Assembly: GCA_036263355.1 (NCBI GenBank)
Contig: DATAHE010000283.1
Span: forward strand, 1 to 28,410
Direction of reading: 5' to 3'
DNA: 28,410 bases
From: Steroidobacteraceae bacterium
GTDB lineage: Bacteria > Pseudomonadota > Gammaproteobacteria > Steroidobacterales > Steroidobacteraceae
The notes beneath the pieces were generated by a model. The model was not told the origin of the DNA, did no database searches, and saw nothing but the letters and a program-made list of their open reading frames with translations. The position numbers were made by a program, and so were the translations under genes. Shown piece by piece: positions 26,085 through 28,410 of the stretch (position 1 is the stretch's first letter; each line of letters starts with the position of its first letter).

Positions 26085-26510
26085 ATGACTGCCAAATATG
26101 AACATGATGACATTGCTCGAATTGCCTATCGATCCTGGCTTGATCGTGGGCAACCAGATGGATCTCCTGAAATAGACTGGTACTACGCATTGTCGGTAGT
26201 CACCAATCCAGAAGAGATTCGTCCAGTGCCTTTCGGCAATTTCGATACGCGTTCATCAGATGAGCAGTCACTTGATGAGGCTGAAAATCAGGCGGGTAAT
26301 TTGTCGCTTGATGGCCAGGGCATTCGCAACGATGGCATGCAGGACGAAGGCATGCGCAATGACACCGATCTTGCCAGCGATGGCATTACCGATAACGAGA
26401 CCACACGTCGCTCTGACCAGTTCAACGTTGATCAAAAGGCCAGCCCGGTACCCCGTTCGCGAAAGAAGTCAGCCGATGGCGGGGACAAACAAAGCGGGCG
26501 TATGCGTTGA
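26085..26510 (+). CDS. DUF2934 domain protein with an acidic disordered tail
   Basis: N-terminal 'IARIAYRSWLDRGQPDGSPEIDWYYA' matches the DUF2934 pattern (I..rAY..W...G.p.G....DW..A). Confidence 0.75.
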   Translation: MTAKYEHDDIARIAYRSWLDRGQPDGSPEIDWYYALSVVTNPEEIRPVPFGNFDTRSSDEQSLDEAENQAGNLSLDGQGIRNDGMQDEGMRNDTDLASDGITDNETTRRSDQFNVDQKASPVPRSRKKSADGGDKQSGRMR

Positions 26511-26584
26511 TGGCTACGGCGGCAATACTCGCTATCCAGTTTCGTTCCTAATATTTATTTCTCAACCCAGTAAGGAAAACCACG

Positions 26585-27043
26585 ATGACCACTAGCAAAT
26601 ATTTCAATTCCCGCATTTTCACTTCATTGTTCGCATTGAGCCTGGCACTTGGCATTACTGCCTGCAATCAGCAGAAGTCACCCGCCGAAGTCGAGCATGA
26701 TGTAGCAAAGGCAGAACAGAAAGAAGCAGAAAAAGTTTCAGAAGCACGCAGTGATGCTGCCAGCACGGTCAGTGCTGCGAATCAGGATGTTGCCGAAGCA
26801 CAGCATGATGCACGTTCCGACGTGAACGATGCAATGGCTGATGCGAACAAGGACATCGCTGAAGCACGCGCCAAGGCCGATAAGGTTGCTGCAGACCAAG
26901 CCTATAACGTTGCCGAAGAGAAGTGCAAAGCATTGCCTTCCGACCAGATCGGTCCATGCAAAGACCGCGCGAAGGCAGATCGTGATGCCACCAAGGCACG
27001 CATTGATGCTGACTTGAAGGCTGCAAAGAATCACAACAAATAA
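26585..27043 (+). CDS. Alanine-rich helical lipoprotein with 11-residue repeats
   Basis: AAGGA RBS, lipobox ITA-C27, repeats DVAEAQHDARS/DVNDAMADANK/DIAEARAKADK, and Cys pair EKC...GPC. Confidence 0.85.
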   Translation: MTTSKYFNSRIFTSLFALSLALGITACNQQKSPAEVEHDVAKAEQKEAEKVSEARSDAASTVSAANQDVAEAQHDARSDVNDAMADANKDIAEARAKADKVAADQAYNVAEEKCKALPSDQIGPCKDRAKADRDATKARIDADLKAAKNHNK

Positions 27044-27075
27044 TCTCTAAACTTCAGAGGTTTTCGTCAGGTGAT

Positions 27076-27109
27076 ATCCCACGGTCGCAACGACGGCCGT
27101 GGGATTTTT
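27076..27109 (+). terminator. Rho-independent terminator after the lipoprotein gene
   Basis: ATCCCACGGTCG-CAACGA-CGGCCGTGGGAT followed by TTTT-G-TTT. Confidence 0.85.
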
Positions 27110-27175
27110 GTTTGTGAAACGACAAAAGCAAACGCCATCCAGATTAAAGACGTACTTCTTTCGGATGTTGGAAGG

Positions 27176-27643
27176 TTAGGATGCAGTTGATTTTGCCGAA
27201 CGACGACGGAGTAATGCTCTGACCAATAGTGCGACTACGGCAAGGTTCACAACGAGGAGCACGGCCGCATGCAAGGTCGGCTTATGAATCAGGCCCGTAA
27301 TTTCGAATGGCACGTAGATGGCAGCACTGATCGCGGCTAGTAGCTCGGCCCAGGTTCGCTCGTAGTAAAGACCGTATGCTTCTACAAGATGGAACAAAGA
27401 ATAAAGGAGTGCCCCAGCAGCAAGCATCAGCAACCGTGAATTCCCGACTTTTGCAGCAGCATCTAAAAAAATCTGTGGGTATTTTGATGCCGGATCGAGG
27501 TGTGCATGCTCGATAAGCATGGCTGCAAATGCGTAGACATCTTTATTAACGAGCGATAGTAACCCTGTGCCAGCCGCCAACACCAAGAGAGCCTTTGCCG
27601 CTTCGAAATAGGCAACGAGTCTAATAGCTTTGTCAGTGGCCAT
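27176..27643 (-). CDS. DUF2127 family membrane protein
   Basis: 'FEAAKALLVLAAG', 'LVEAYGLYYERTWAE' and 'IYVPFEI' are family-like motifs, with four hydrophobic segments. Confidence 0.8.
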   Translation of the reverse strand: MATDKAIRLVAYFEAAKALLVLAAGTGLLSLVNKDVYAFAAMLIEHAHLDPASKYPQIFLDAAAKVGNSRLLMLAAGALLYSLFHLVEAYGLYYERTWAELLAAISAAIYVPFEITGLIHKPTLHAAVLLVVNLAVVALLVRALLRRRSAKSTAS

Positions 27644-27940
27644 TTAATCCTAAGAACTCTGCAAATTGTAGCGATTCAGTCCAAGCTACAGTGCTTGTTA
27701 GATTCAGCTTTCACGAGTATCTAATCTTTTGCATTTGATGAGATCACGGATTCTTTGCGACTCGATATTACAGGTCGTTAGCAAGATAACACCGTATCCG
27801 ATTTTGTCGCAAGTATCGGTGCATTCGAGAAAGCTTGGGGACCGACGTGCAATGGTAGTAGTGCGATCGAACCGCCAATCCGCCTTGCGAAGAAGTAATG
27901 CGACTATTGCTGTAAGCGATGATGCTTACGACTTTCTAAA

Positions 27941-28410
27941 TCAACCTCGAGCCATCATCACGCCATTGCTCACTACACGAAGTCTTTCATCATCTTTCTT
28001 GCGATGAACGCATATAGCATTCTTGCCAGAAAGCTTTGCCTTGTACATGGCCTTATCAGCCTGGCTGATAACACTTTCGATGGGATGTGAGAAGCCACGG
28101 AACAGGCTGACGCCAATAGTGGCAGAGCAATTAAATTGCTCGGAGTCGATGTAGTACGGCTTGCTTAAAGCGGATAACACGTTCTGTGCAATCTGTTCCA
28201 GAATTTCCATGGTGCGTGCACGGCTAGGCGATAGGTTATCCACTAGCACTACAAACTCGTCACCACCCCAACGGGCAATGGTATCGTGTTCGCGTACGTT
28301 AGACTGCAAACGCCTTGCGCATTGCTTCAATAACTTGTCGCCAACGAGGTGTCCCGCAGAGTCATTCACGTTTTTGAAATTATCAAGATCGATAAACAGG
28401 ATGCCAGCAT
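27941..28410 (-). CDS. Diguanylate cyclase, C-terminal GGDEF domain (5' part outside the window)
   Basis: Frame open to the edge: AGILFIDLDNFKNVNDSAGHLVGD...VREHDTIARWGGDEFVVL...SATIGVS...ADKAMYKAKLSGKN. No EAL domain follows. Confidence 0.93.
   Translation of the reverse strand, partial: AGILFIDLDNFKNVNDSAGHLVGDKLLKQCARRLQSNVREHDTIARWGGDEFVVLVDNLSPSRARTMEILEQIAQNVLSALSKPYYIDSEQFNCSATIGVSLFRGFSHPIESVISQADKAMYKAKLSGKNAICVHRKKDDERLRVVSNGVMMARG

Noticed and set aside
27911-27930. TGTAAG-CGATGATG-CTTACG as another regulator box
   Set aside because: The spacer is 8, not 6. It sits just after the DGC stop and is more simply a 3' hairpin. Not fully excluded, since it is also upstream of DUF2127.
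1-28410. Mobile elements, CRISPR arrays, tRNA/rRNA, defence systems
   Set aside because: By eye I found no transposase/integrase motifs, terminal inverted repeats, regularly spaced repeats or RNA-gene signatures. A tRNAscan/Infernal run would be needed for formal exclusion.

Overview
A chromosomal proteobacterial window with no visible mobile element, RNA gene or CRISPR array. It has two parts. (1) 1-12874, minus strand: a tightly coupled Wzx/Wzy-type exopolysaccharide operon of the methanolan (Eps) type. In transcription order it encodes a small membrane protein, EpsB/WcaJ priming transferase, EpsE (short OPX), EpsF (co-polymerase), EpsG, EpsL outer-membrane beta-barrel, a Wzy-like polymerase, a GT2, a family-3 acyltransferase, a secreted GH26 hydrolase and two GT4s, and it runs off the left edge. 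(2) 13325-28410: a general-stress and signalling block. It encodes a YghA/YdaD-like SDR, two stand-alone receiver proteins, a NarL/GacA-like response regulator, a CHASE3-HisKA_3 sensor kinase, a cardiolipin-synthase-like PLD, DUF1328 (missed by the ORF track), a non-heme bacterioferritin-like protein, an AI-2E transporter, an OsmY-like double-BON protein, a Zn metallopeptidase, an OM beta-barrel, DUF2934, a helical-repeat lipoprotein, DUF2127 and a partial GGDEF cyclase. Two observations tie the halves together. First, EpsG has lost its Walker A Lys and Walker B Asp, has no Tyr cluster, and carries an N-terminal 24-5-24 MshEN-like (c-di-GMP-binding) motif pair. This suggests EPS export controlled by c-di-GMP rather than Tyr phosphorylation. 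Second, an 18-bp GacA/RcsB-like box (TGTNRG-N6-CYTAY) recurs in intergenic promoter regions throughout the window, including just upstream of the eps operon. This suggests a local regulon analogous to Rcs. Both are inferences from sequence motifs and are untested.
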